DNA of 64,000 bases from Octopus vulgaris (taxonomy: Eukaryota): positions 29,698,001 to 29,762,000 of the forward strand of contig OX597830.1 in NCBI GenBank assembly GCA_951406725.2, written 5' to 3'. The notes beneath the pieces are model-generated. The model worked only from the letters and a program-made list of their open reading frames with translations, was not told the origin of the DNA and did no database searches. Positions 26,156-39,780 of this stretch are shown here, one piece after another; positions within the stretch are counted from its first letter, which is position 1; each line of letters opens with the position of its first letter. The position numbers and the translations under genes are program-made.

Positions 26156-26889
26156 GTACGTACACGCGCACACATATACATATGTACGTATGTATGTATG
26201 TATACACATATACATGAGTGTGTGTGAAGGAGCATACAAAGCGCAACGTAACATTTTCTATGTAGGTGAACAAAAATCAATAGCCAGTATTATATTAAAT
26301 GAACTAGTCTAATTAATGACAATAGCCAAATTACTGTACAGTTATATATATATAATGGCACAGTTTCGCTTCGGTTAGCAGAAATAATTTTCTGTATTCT
26401 GTTATTCTTGTATTTATCAATTCAAACATTTCGTTATAGTCTTTGTTTGTTTTATGTATCCGTTATTTATCTTTGTCTTTTTTTTTTAATTCCTTTTTCG
26501 ATATTTTTTGGATTTTATTTTACTTTATTTTATCTTTATTTTTGCTCTCTCAACCTACGCTCTAAATCCTACCTATACGTCAATGAACTAATTATATAAT
26601 ATTGATTGATATTTCAAACTGAAATAGCTGATTGATTAACACATACACATACATTGAAATATACACGCTTACACACACAAACACACACACTCACACACAC
26701 ATATATATATTACATATGTATTTGCATATCTGTGCGTATAATTATATATATATATATATATATACATACACACACACGTATGTATATACATACGTATATA
26801 TATTAACGTATATATACAAGTTTGTGGCATTATCACATCTGCTTAACACGCAGAATGTCGTAACTTCGAAATTTGCAGGAACCTAGAAA

Positions 26890-28065
26890 TGGCATATCTT
26901 GCCCTGCGCTACCAGCACATGAAAGTGACCGACATGCAGATAAGATACATTGATCTAGGAGGATTTGCAACCCCTGAGTCAAAATTAGTGCATGACCTGG
27001 GCACTTTCTAAGTGCGTATTACGAATTTGCTAATTTAAAAGACTCCGCCGGTTACGACGACGAGGGTCCCAGCTGATACGATCAACGGAACAGCTTGCTC
27101 GTGAAATTAACGTGCAAATGGCTGAACATTCCACAGACACGTATACCCTTAACGTAGTTCTCGGGGATAATCAGCGTGACACAGAGAGTGACAAGGCTGA
27201 CCCTTTGAAATACAAGTACAACTCATTTTTGCCAGCTGAGTGGACTGGAGCAACGTGAAATAAAGTGTCTTGCTCAAGGACACAACGCGTCGCCGGGAAT
27301 CGAACTCACAACCTTACGATCATGAGCCGAATGCCCTAACCACTAAGACACGCGCCCTCACGAATTTGCTAATAAAACGCAGGAGGCTAGCTGGATGGAT
27401 CCTCCGAAATTTCAAAACAAGAGAAAAGGAGACGGTGGTCCTTTGGGGCGATGGGGGGGGGGGGGCATCCTCGGCTTCTTGGACTGCCACTCCCAGCAGT
27501 GGTCACCATGCAACGTGGGATTTGGCGACGTAGCTCAGGGCGGTCCAGCGGGGCTGCACAAAGTAGGTGCCCTCAGTGTAGCGTATCGGCTGCTGGGACT
27601 GACTGAGGGAGTTAAAGCTCTTTTCTCTGGGGCGGGTGCGAGAGGGACGTGCAGTGATGTGCATCTGGAGTGTCTTATAGGGCCTTGTGCCAAAACTTGA
27701 CGTTGAGGGTTGCACAGGCGGCCTAACGGGGCGCCACTGCGTGGCTGTGTGGTGCCGGGTATTTTAGCGACTCCATCGGGGTGCAGGCCCGGGTGCTGTG
27801 GCAGCTTGGGTTTGGAGGGCCCACGGCTCTTGAGTGTCCTTCCGTGGTGCCTGCAGGACTTGCAGGGTGTGGGTGTCTTCAGTGCAGGACTGGATCTCCC
27901 GCTGTAAGGTGCTCCAGATGAGTCTACCTCACAGAAAACTCAGATGAGGGGCAGTGGCATCAAACTACCTCATTCACCAAATACCACATATCAGAGACTT
28001 CAAATAATGGTGTAGCACAGTCAGAGCTGGTACCATAGCACGACGACAACTATGAAACTGAAAAA
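26890..28065 (+). pseudogene. CR1-clade LINE 3' fragment, interrupted by a SINE and containing an A>G-hypermutated tract
   Basis: Collinear with ~52170-53027 (RRLAGWILRNFKTREKET vs RRLAGWIFRTFRTRDQET; GGGCGCCACTGCGTGG; GGACTGGATCTC; GATGAGGG). Confidence 0.88.
27035..27359 (-). mobile_element. SINE (head D + tail X) with 14-bp TSD
   Basis: Minus strand has A box TGTCTTAGTGG, B box GTTCGATTCCC and core TGTGTCCTTGAGCAAGACACTT. ACGAATTTGCTAAT at 27021-27034 and 27360-27373. Confidence 0.92.
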
Positions 28066-28175
28066 ATTTAAAGACTTATATATGCATATATACATAGATA
28101 TACACATGGAAGAATATATGTATATACAGGCATACAGTAGATAGGTAAATAGATATATAGATTTATAAATAGACA

Positions 28176-28234
<59 letters not shown>

Positions 28235-29020
28235 ATTTCTTTGTGTGTGCGAGTATTTCTTTGTGTGTGTATTGCATTTGCATGTATGGAGGGTAAGCCA
28301 TGTATTGCAACAACATTTTGTAGACAACCATCTACCGTGTCTATATACAGTTACTATTCTTAATCTGTAATAACAGAACGTCAATCTCTCGAAACTACCG
28401 TTTCGCATAATAGAAATTAGCGTCATATGGTAGCATACATATTCTCTTATAAACCTAAGAAGACTTGGATAATAGATCTGAAATCAGCAAAATATTTGCT
28501 GATATGATAAATAACTACTTGGCGTGGTTTTTATCGAAGCATAACGTAAATATGCTTATGTATTTATGTGATTCTTTTACGCTATATAAATACATTCAGC
28601 GTAGAAATGATGTTCCGTGCTTTTACAAATTTAGTCCAAATTTTGTCGACTTCATCCATTTTCTAACCATCAATTCAAGGGCAGTAACATAATGAACAAA
28701 ACCAGTATAGTAAATGAGTAGTAATGTAAGAGAATGGAAGACGATGCCAATCAGGATTTATTGAGAACGTCCGGATCTGAATTTTGAGATGGTACACATA
28801 ATCATTTCGGCCGGTGTTTTGGAGGAATATATTACGTTAAAATCAATTGGGCTTGTTCTCAGTGTGTTGTAAATATCCTGTTTTCTTTAAAAGTTTATTT
28901 ATGACCGTCTAAGATACCTTCAACAAAGTAGATAATAAGCAAATAGATACATAATAATCCACACACGCAAGCGCATGCGCATGCACACATATACATAAAC
29001 AATACTATTGTAAAAAAAAT

Positions 29021-29590
29021 GGCGGCGAACTGGCAGAAACGTTAGCACGCCGGGCGAAATGCGTAGCCGTATTACGTCTGCTGTTACGTTCTGAGTTCAA
29101 ATCCCGCCGAGGTCGACTTTGCCTTTCATCCTTTCGGGATCGATTAAATAAGTACCAGTTACGCACTGGGGTCGATATAATCGACTTAATCCATTTGTCT
29201 GTCCTTGTTTGTCCTCTCTGTGTTTAGCCCCTTGTGGGTAGTAAAGAAATAGGTATTTCATCTGCCGTTACGTTCTGAGTTCAAATTCCGCTGAGGTCGA
29301 CTTTGCCTTTCATCCTTTCGGGGTCGATAAATTAGATGCCAGTTACGCACTGGGGTCGATGTAATCGACTTAATCCGTTTGTCCTCTCTGTGTTTAGCCC
29401 CTTGTGGGTAGTAAAGAAATAGGTATTTCGTATGCTGTTACATTCTGAGTTCAAATTCCGCTTAGGTCGACTTTGCCTTTTATCCTTTCGGGGTCGATAA
29501 ATTAAGTACCAGTTGCATACTGGGGTTGATCTTATCTACTGGCTCCCTCCCAAAATATTTCGGGCCTTGTCCCTAGAGTAGAAAAGAATA
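29021..29590 (+). mobile_element. SINE family B, one head and three tandem bodies
   Basis: GTTACGTTCTGAGTTCAAAT..GAGGTCGACTTTGCCTTTCATCCTTTCGGG recurs at ~29083, ~29267 and ~29437. Confidence 0.9.
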
Positions 29591-30859
29591 TGTTTTCTCC
29601 CCATACATACATTTATATGCTGCAAAACGTAATTTGAAAAATTATGATTTTTTTTGGCAACGTCCCCTACTTCCCACGATTGTTTCTGTTTATAATTTAA
29701 AATATTGGAGAGCTTATGAAGGTCATTGCTGGCATTTATCCACAGGGATTCAAAATAAAAAAATGACGTAAGTAGAAGATTATTCATTTTAAGAGCATAC
29801 TTTTCTGTTAGAAAATGTTTTTTCTTACACATACACACACTCACCTATGCTTGATTGGTGTGTGGGTAACAATTTAAATAAGAATTTTTTTTTTGTTACT
29901 TATACTCCACCAAAGGATCATGCTTGTTTTACTTCGGCATCTTCATTCCATAAAATGTGTTTAATGGGAGAAAAATATTCAAAAATCCTCAATACATGTG
30001 AGAGTGAACAGAGAGGGTCGTTTGGGATTGCTAGAAACAACAGCCAAATATCCCTTGAATTGTACACCTTTTCCTCTGAAAATATTTATATTTTTCTTTT
30101 CATTTTTTTTCTTTATTTGTTTTTGTTTTTTTACTGAAAAGGCTCGTCGCAAGTTTTTTAACTAAAAAATAATTGTCCAAAATCGGTACAGAGTGTAATG
30201 GGGAGGATTAGGGAGTGGAAATTTCCAATTTTTTTTTCATAAGAAGATACCCCCCTCCCCGCCTGCCACCATTATTTCGAAGGCTGTGATTTAGAAACAT
30301 GGGGGAAATCCCCATCAAAACACAGTACTTTCAACCTATTTCGTCTTCCTGATCCGAAACTCTGTTTTTTTTGAAACTCCTCTCCCTATTCTCTCGGAAA
30401 AATATTTCCCCACAAACTTCTTCATAATCGTCATCTACGCCATTTGAAAGGTGTTTGTATAAAATTTCATTAAAAGATATCAATTTTCCTGAAAGTTATG
30501 AAGGGAAAAGTTCGGATCGTGTGAATTTTCCGAACCTCCTCTCCCCAACCCATAGAAAATTCATATCATTTAAGCAGTATTCTTTGAAAATTTCGTTAAA
30601 AAGTATCCATTTTTCTGGAAGTCATGAGGCAACGAATGTCGGTGGGGTACACATCTGTCGTTATGCCGGACCCTCTATTGAGAGAGTTAGAGAGACAGAG
30701 TGAGCAAGAGAGGGAATATACCCACAGGGAACAGTGGGGGGAATATAAGTAGTAGAGGGGACAGAGGGTGTCAGCGCTTTGGTGTGGTTTTTTTAGGGCT
30801 GGATGCCCTGTTTCAACAAATGATACAACATGAACGAAAATCAATGTAAATATATTTAT

Positions 30860-31090
30860 ATTTTTATATTTCTTTACTACCCACAAGGCGCTAAACACAG
30901 AGGGGACAAACAAGGACAGACAAACGGATTAAGTCGATTATATCGACCCCAATACGCAACTGGTATTTAATTTATCGACCCCGAGAGGATGAAAGGCTAA
31001 GTCGACCTCGGCGGAATTTGAACCCAGGACGTAGCGGTAGACGAAATACGGCTGCGCATTTCGCCCGGCGTGCTAACGATTCTACCAGCT
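30860..31090 (-). mobile_element. SINE family B, full length
   Basis: Reverse complement of 29021-29250. Confidence 0.9.
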
Positions 31091-32605
31091 CAATATGTTG
31101 TCCTACCAAAGAGCAAAAATATGCGTACGACTTCGTTTGTAACAGTTTAGAGAGGACCGCATCAGCATTAATTTTCATTGACGCTCTAGGTGTAACAGGA
31201 AAGGCGTTCCCTGTGAATAATCAATAAAACCTCAAACTTGAACTTGTAAACACGAACGAATTTAAACATTTAATTAAATCATCATAAAATTAACTTTTAT
31301 TTCAATGCGATACTGAAATCAGCTTCACTATTTTATAACCTGAACTGTCAGTAACACAACGGGTCATAGTTAGTCTAGTATACAATTAAAAATACACTGC
31401 AGGGGAAATTGTAATGACTGCAATGACACTTAGGCGACAATCGATGAATATTGGAAAATATCCACGGCAAGTATGTGTCCTTTTTCTTATTTTTTACCTG
31501 TGTGTTGAATTGTCCCTCTCCTATGCCAAATAGGTAAATTAGCTTAGTAAGCAGAAGCAATCTATGTTTTTCTTCGTAGATTGGAAAATAATGATGAAAA
31601 ACTTAATCGACCTTCCAGGGTTATTTGAAACTCATACGAAACACGCTCACAAAAATAAGCAGTTATTCTGTTTAAATACTCAACAATTACAGTAGATACA
31701 TGAAACTGGAGCTACTAATTTGCATGCCTTAAGTGTTAACGCTTTAATTTACATATAAAGATTGTGTCGTCTGTCAACGGGATCTCAGTCCACATAGTAT
31801 CACGGTACGATATAATATATGTAACATATAAAGTAGATATTTATAACACAGCAGGTTTAATTCTTTCTCCGTTGATTGAAACAAAAAAACTAAAAACGAA
31901 CAAACTTAAGCGATTTCTGAATCATATTGAATACTCAGAAAAGGCAACTATTCATATACTTAAACAATTTAAATATTGACACAACATGGAGGGAGAAGTA
32001 AATGTTGCCAGAGTTTAGGTGACAAGAGAATGATCAAAAGTCATTTGAGCAATGATGGCGGATCGAGAAAATGCTAATATTCTCTCGGAACAGTTCCAAG
32101 GTAATCCCGAATTATCGGTATAAAGTAAGATAGTCATCGTAGTACAATCCAAAGCCGGATGAGAAGAAAGGAGAGAAAATGTGTGTGTAGATAGACTTAG
32201 AACTGATGCGAAGATGGTGCGTTTTTCAATAAAGGATCGGTAGAGAAAATAATAATTACTAACTATTCTCTCATAGGCAGTAAAATGAGTTAGAGCCTAG
32301 AAGGAAGAAATGATATACTGAGGTGAGGTGAGTTTGAAAGAAGAGAAGCGGAGAATATAAAATCATTATCAGCACGATAGAAAGAAACTACCAAACATGA
32401 CGAGAACAGAAGAAAAAAATCCCCAAATTATAAGGAAGGAACGTAAAAAGAATCGTCCAGGACTAGTGTGCGTAGAGAACGAGGTACTATGTTGGATAAT
32501 GTAAGGAAGACCACGTGGAGAATAGCAACAGCATAAGGAGCAAGACAAAAAGAAGTAACAGAAATAAGGGCTTGCAACCAGGGACTTTATTGGATGAGGG
32601 GGGGC

Positions 32606-32643
<38 letters not shown>

Positions 32644-32925
32644 CACGTATGTATGTATGTGTGCGTGAGCATTTATGTGTATAAATTTTATATATATATT
32701 TTATATATATATTCATACGTACACACACTCTCTCTCACTCATTCTCTGCACACCCCCACACACACATACACATATTCGTATAAATATGTAAATATATCAC
32801 CAAATGTATATATAAAAACATATCGCGGTAAATTGTTTAGGTTAAGTTAACTGTTCAGCCAATTATACGCAAATAAATATATACACATAGAGACGCCCAT
32901 ATTTGTATATATGTGTATATATCTA

Positions 32926-32962
<37 letters not shown>

Positions 32963-32989
32963 TTATATTTATATATGTGTGTGTATATA

Positions 32990-33062
<73 letters not shown>

Positions 33063-33083
33063 TGTATATATGTGTGTGTGTGT

Positions 33084-33263
33084 AGGCGCATGAGGGGTAT
33101 AGACGCAAGAGTAACTGTGAGTTTCCCAACCACATTATTGTAAGTTCAGTCTCACTGCGTGGCACCTTGGGCAAATGTCTTCTACTATAACCTCGGGCCA
33201 GGCAAAGAGTTGTGAGCGGATTTGATAGACGGTTGCTGAAAAAAAACCGTCGTGTGACTGTAA

Positions 33264-33294
<31 letters not shown>

Positions 33295-33500
33295 TGTGTG
33301 TGTATGTGTTTGTCCACCACCATCACTTGCCAAGCGATGTTGGTGTTTTTACGTCCCTATTAGTTATCGGTTCGGCAAAAGAGACCGATAGAATAATTAC
33401 TAGGCTTACAGAGACTAAATCCTGGGGTTGATTTGTGCGACAAAAGGTGGTGTTCTAGCATGGCCGCAGTCAAGTGACTCGAACAAGTAAAATAATACGA
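33084..33500 (+). mobile_element. SINE family A, full length
   Basis: CTGCGTGGCACCTTGGGCAAATGTCTTCTACTATA..GGTTCGGCAAAAGAGACCGATAGAATAA..GCATGGCCGCAGTCAA. Confidence 0.88.
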
Positions 33501-33537
33501 GAATGAAAGAATATATATATATATCTATATCTATCTA

Positions 33538-33576
<39 letters not shown>

Positions 33577-33847
33577 GCACACGCACACATACATATATTA
33601 TACATGCATGCGTCAGAGCAAAACTCTATACATGTACCTCTGTCTCTGTCTCTCTCTCTCTGCCTGTCTATCTCTCCCTATTCCATCTCTTTAGTAGATA
33701 CGAACAAATATATACATATATATTTATTTATTTATATATATATGTATATACATATTTGTAAATATATATATATATTTATATATATATATGTATGTGTATA
33801 TATATATATATACATATTTATATATACATATATATATATATATGTAT

Positions 33848-33987
<140 letters not shown>

Positions 33988-34414
33988 CATATGCGCAATT
34001 TTTTTTCTGTGTAAAAGTTGTAAGATGTTGCGAAGCTGAGCAATTTTAATTGAAACCGTAATAACCTTGTCTTAAATACGGCACACCCTTGGGGCCAAAT
34101 GTTGAAAAGGCAAAGGCTTCCGTTAATGATATCTCATATAATGTTGCATAGCGAAAAGATAAACATCTTCCATACTTCTTAACAATGGGTGGTCCAGATG
34201 CTTGATGACCCTATCTCTTAATTCTTTATATCTTAAAAAACAATTTAGATGAAGCATTTAGTAACAAATACATAAGTATAGACAGCATTACATGCTCCCG
34301 CACTTTTGTATGTATTGTTTGCATGCATATATATATACATACATATATATAGAGATATATATATATATATAGATATATATATATATGTAGGTCCCTGATG
34401 ATTTCTTCTATAAA

Positions 34415-34447
<33 letters not shown>

Positions 34448-34493
34448 TAGATAGATATATAGATAGATAGATAGATGTATGTGTGTGTGTGTT

Positions 34494-34607
34494 ACTTTTT
34501 ACTCTTTTATTTGTTTCAATCATTTGACTGCGGCCATGCAGGAGCACTGCCTTTAATTGAACAAAAAAAATGAAACACACATATATATACACACGCATAT
34601 GTATATG

Positions 34608-34651
<44 letters not shown>

Positions 34652-34735
34652 TGTGTGTGTATATTTGTTTGTGTGTCTGTTTCTGGCCCCACCAGCATCG
34701 CTTGACAACAGATTCCAGTGTGTTTACACCTCCGT
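34494..34735 (-). mobile_element. SINE family A, partial
   Basis: TTGTTTCAATCATTTGACTGCGGCCATGCAGGAGCACTGCCTTTA is the tail in reverse. A plus-strand body fragment follows the microsatellite. Confidence 0.7.
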
Positions 34736-34744
34736 GTATATATA

Positions 34745-35215
34745 TATTCTTTTATTCTTATTGTTGTTTTCAGCCATTCTGGAGCACCTCCATCTAGGTG
34801 TTTCACATCACCACTACTGCATGTGCCTTTTCCCCAGCTGTTGGTACATTTGGTGTGTAATTGAGTTTGATTCCGCTGCCCTCGTTTGTACCTCATGTCG
34901 GGTGGCTGGTTCGTCCGGTATTGTGGAGCGGAAGATTCCAGTTCCCTTTTGAAAACTTTCACCTCCACCCTCTCGAAATTTCTCAATATTTGTGGCAGGG
35001 CATTAAAGAGCTCTGGGCTTTTGAATCCAAGACTACTGTAATTCCTGGTCTTGAATTTAGAAGCAGTGGACGCTACCTTTGGTACAATACAATGGGGGCC
35101 AGTTCTGACATTTGTATAACACTCAATGCCAAAGTTAGTTACTAGACCTAGGATTTTCAATATGTATATTTTTGCATATATGTCACGCCTTCGCTCCAGG
35201 GAATAGAGCTGCATA
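34745..35215 (-). pseudogene. CR1-clade LINE 3' fragment (same family as 51969-53027)
   Basis: QLYSLERRRDIYAKIYILKILGLVTNFGIECYTNVRTGPHCIVPK..SSLGFKSPELFNALP. The 3' UTR reads ATGGAGGTGCTCCAGAATGGC. Confidence 0.9.
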
Positions 35216-35318
35216 TATATAATATATATAATTGACAGATAGATAGATATGGGTATATGCACACACACATAATGTATATATGAGTATATGTATGTATATA
35301 TATAGAAATGCATATATA

Positions 35319-35361
<43 letters not shown>

Positions 35362-35462
35362 TTATATATTATGCATTATATATAAATATGTATGCAAACA
35401 CACTCAAACAGAGACACATACATACCGATATATATATATATATATGAAAGCATACATATATG

Positions 35463-35502
<40 letters not shown>

Positions 35503-36559
35503 TCCCATATATGTATATATATACATATATGTATTTATATATAATACATTCTTATATATGTATATATATATATATGCATGTATGTATGTATGTATATATG
35601 TATATATAAGTATATATATATACATCTAAATATATTTTCAACTGAAAGGTGAGAACACTGGCGATGGTGATTAAGAGATTTATAGATGAATTATCAATTC
35701 GTGTTCTAATATATCCGATTCCTATTTCATGCTAATTTTCAGAATCATAAATCTTGGTTTTAGTTTGCATTAAAATAAATAATACAAGTCATCTATGACC
35801 CGCTAGTCTTAAGTTAAGTACAGTAAATTCTAATTTTTAACATATGTGACTTATATCTCATAGAAACGAAAATATGTAAAATTTATGCTTTTCTCATAAA
35901 TTGATTTGACATTAACATTTCGCAAAATGTTCCTTCGGATACATGCTTCATATGAATTATATGGTATTTTATTGTAGCTTGGGATGGGGCATTATGCCAA
36001 TAATAAATGTACGCACTGGTTACATTTTATTTCTTTTATTATTATGGCGGAATTAAATAAGTATTATATCAACGAACTTATAGATTTTTCGTTCTATCAA
36101 TCAGTCAACTAGTTTCGTTAGAGTTTTTCCATCACTGTTTGAGATATGAGCAAAGATATGCTCTCTCTGTTCTGTGTCTTGCATATACAATGCACAAGAT
36201 ACAGCAAATTTATGCTTCAACATGCAATTTGACAACAAGTATCTTGTAAAATATCATAAGCCGCAGCCTATCCAGCATGGCGCCATAAATTCAATTCGTC
36301 TCCTTTCGCAAAATCAAAAAGTCACAAGACGCCTCCGCTTCATAAAAGTATACGCCACCTCTTGACTGTATACGAACTCCATCAATGCGGTTCTAATCCG
36401 CAATATAGGTAATAGGTAGGCCTAGAGTAGTGAGGGCATGTCATTCTTGAGGTCGGAAATGATGACTAAAGGATCTGACGAACTTACTTGATTCAGTGTA
36501 TCGCCGAATAATTAATCGAAGAATTTAGTAGTTAAACTGCTGAATGTTTACAAAAAATG

Positions 36560-36765
36560 ACTTCGAATTTGGTACAAGGGCAGCAAATTTTGGGAGATGC
36601 TAAGTCAATTACATCGAGACTAGTGTTTAACTGGTATTTTTTTAATCGACCCTGACAGGATGAAAGAAAAAGTCGACCTCGGCAGGATTTGAACTCATAT
36701 CGCAGAGACAGATTAAATACAGCTAAGCCATCTGCCTGACTTGCAAACGATTTTGCCAGTTCACA
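36560..36765 (-). mobile_element. SINE family B, diverged
   Basis: ATCGACCCTGACAGGATGAAAGAAAAAGTCGACCTCGGCAGGATTTGAACTCA. Confidence 0.78.
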
Positions 36766-38645
36766 ACCTTTATGCTTACTAATAATAAAAGAATCAAAAC
36801 CAGTGCATGTGTTTCTTACTGGCATAATGACCCTCCAAATATATAACTAAATTTGTTTCATAACCCAATTTCACATTATTAAATCTTGCAAACCAAATGC
36901 AAAGACAAATTTTTCATGACAAATGTTTGAATTCCCATATACTGACTGGACATAATTATGGACATTAACCAATACTGTGGTTTGAATACGTTACGCTCTA
37001 TAAGCAAATGCTAAATAATTAAAGTCCAGGATATTAAAATACTGATTGAAATCAATTATCTGACGAAGAAAATACAATATCATTCAATGATTAAGTTGCT
37101 TGTCATTTTCCTTTCCAAATATGAGACTATTTGCTGCCAAAGTGCATTGGACAAAATTTGGCTGAGAAAAAAGAAAAACTTTACAAAACGGAATCCAATG
37201 ATGCCAAGCGACATTCTTAACTTCAGAGAGATGCATGAGTGCTCATACACACACAAATATATACATACTTGCACGTGCGCACGCACACACATATGTATAC
37301 ATATATACGTAAACGCGTATATACACACACACAAACAAAATCATGCACATACGCATATATTGCGAACGTTCTGTCATTTGTGTTTACTTTTCTCTATTGC
37401 TATGAATTACCTGTTACTGGATCGAATTTAGGTCTCAGCCATATGAATATATGTGAATATGGGGCTGTTGTTTTCTTTAGCTACCGCTACATCCATTAAG
37501 TACAGACATATGGGAGTGTTTACGTAACAGTAGTTGTTTCTGGTGAAATTTATAAGTGGATTTAAACACAGCTCACCGTTGTATTTTCTGTTTCATTTAT
37601 TGTTAATTAACAAAAGAGAACTGGAATTATTAAATTACAATATCAACTAACAAGTATTGAGCTAACCAATTACGATAAGAAAGGAGATAGGTTTGTAAGT
37701 CAGAACAAGGATGTGAATACAGAAAAAGATTAATAAAAAAGAAATCTTAAGTACTTTGAAATCCTCATCAGTACCGTAACCGTAGAGTGGGTCTTCTTAG
37801 AAGCTTCTCAAGTTTATGACTAAATGTAAATTGTTGAGTATCTGCTTCAGATATAAGCAATAATATCCATCTCAAATATCTGTGGATAATGTCTGCATTT
37901 ATGCTCCTGTGTATGAGAGTTTCCTGTGTGTGTGTGTGTTTGTGTGAGCATGATTCTGTGTCTATGTGCGCGTAATTTTTATGTGTGCACATACACTTAG
38001 ATTTGTCTTTGTGTTTTGTGAATGTGTATATATTTAACGGATAATGTAAATATTATTTGGAAATTGCTTTTAGAAGTAGTTTTGCTGTGATTTTTATTTA
38101 TTTATTTTCGTATCGTAGTTTAATCACGGGTCACCCTTTTATGCTGCAGATCTATGATCAAAGGACTTCTATTCGTAGTTTATGTTAATCTAAAACAGTA
38201 TCATCCGATCTATTCGGTCTTTTTTCAAGTCTATAATGTGTAATTTGAGGGAAACGAAATATGCAATTTCTAGGTAACCGTGTAGAAGCATTTTTTGGGG
38301 TTTTTTTAAGGTAAATTATCAGTATTATGTAAACACTCAGTTTGTTGTACGTTGGAGCATATTATGCCTATTATATTTTTAGGTAATTTAAAACTAGACT
38401 GACAATTAGATATTTAAGAAGAAAAATATTCTTAAATGAAACAACAGAACTATATCATGTATAGAATCCAAAAATTTCGTAGAAATTAAATTAATTAGAA
38501 AGAAGTGCCCATTATGTCCAGTTCACTTATAATTGTTGATGTACAAAAGAAGATCAGGTCCCTGAGTAAATGAATTTGAAATGCCTTGAAGAAATGAGAA
38601 CGTTACATGAGTACTGAGAATCATTTCTGCTTGAGGTGGATTGTA

Positions 38646-39210
38646 TTGAGTTGTCCTGGAAGTTTGTGCCGATTTTTAAAGGAAAGAAAAAGATCAATAA
38701 ATACTTGCCATTACATTTTTAATCAACCAAATATGAACCATTTTGTTGCACAATGCGTCTCCATCATTCCTTTAACTTGAAAATACCCTCTTCCCAGAAT
38801 TGTGGTGGTTTCATGGCAAAGAATTCATCAAGGTATCTTTTCACATCATCCAAGGAATTGAAATTTTTACCATTAAGACTATTCTGCAGAGACCTGAACA
38901 AGCGGAAATCCGAAGGAGCAATATCTGGTGAATATGGAGGGTGGGTAACACATCCCAGCTGAGCTGCAGCAACTTTTGTCTAGTTCCCAAAGCATCAAGT
39001 GCCGAAAATGAACTTTCTTATCTTCCATTTTCAAGGTTTACAAAATTAATACAGGTTATAGGAACATAAACCTTCCCCTACGAGAAAATAACTTAAACTG
39101 TGCTCTAAATGGAGGTGTAGTCAAATCCTATTTTATGGTCTCAACTATGTTGTAAAATTAGTCGAAAGGTAAGCTGCTATAAATCGGCACGAACTTTCCG
39201 GACAACCCAA
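38646..39210 (-). mobile_element. Internally deleted mariner (565 bp, both TIRs)
   Basis: TIRs TTGAGTTGTCCTGGAAGTTTGTGCCGATTT / AAATCGGCACGAACTTTCCGGACAACCCAA with TA on both sides. Minus frame HPPYSPDIAPSDFRLFRSLQNSLNGKNFNSLDDVKRYLDEFF..WRRIVQQNGSYLVD*. Confidence 0.93.
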
Positions 39211-39780
39211 TATAAAAGTTTGCAAGAATCCTTTGATCGATATTGACATAGGCAGATACGAAGTCTGGAAGGTTATGAAATGTTGCTTTAAACCGATGTT
39301 CACATTAGAATACTAAAGTACTAAACTCTATTCCCATAAAACACTTTTATAGGTTAATTGAGTTTTGCGGCGTTGGTGATGGAAGACATATATTTCCCCC
39401 AGTGGTTCTGTTCCAGAAAGGACCAGTAACAAAACAAGCAATACATAGTTTTGCCCTCTTATGTAACAAAGAAAAAGACAACAAAATAACTGCACTAAAA
39501 AAGCAAAAACTACCACCTCCTTAAAGACTCTCGTCTTCTTCTCAGCACCCAGCATCAAGTAACATTCTTTCTGGCCTCGTCGTTGCAGTTAATACATGTC
39601 ACTCACACTGCTTTCAAAGAATTTATAATTATTATTATTTACATATTATAATATTTGGGTGTATTCCTTTGTTTTCTCGTAAAAATGCTTTGAAATTCTC
39701 TTCGTAGGGGTCCATTTCCCCTTCTATTTCCTTTCTTATTTTTTAGAAGATTCCTTTGTCATATAGTTATGTGTGTGTAT

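Noticed and set aside
27395-27907. GC-rich ORFs 27395-27700 and 27710-27907 as a host gene or CpG island
   Set aside because: Collinear with the CR1 fragment at 52147-52953; GC richness and loss of stops follow from A>G changes.
30160-30680. Region with two ~45-bp AAAATTTC..AAGT(T/C)ATGA repeats, possibly Helentron-like
   Set aside because: No termini or second copy found, so it cannot be classified.
34516-35313. 265-aa ORF as a host gene
   Set aside because: Chimera of microsatellite, CR1 C-terminus and SINE sequence.
39340-39560. Possible internal exon after TTTTATAG
   Set aside because: No recognisable protein, weak donor and no supporting neighbouring exons.
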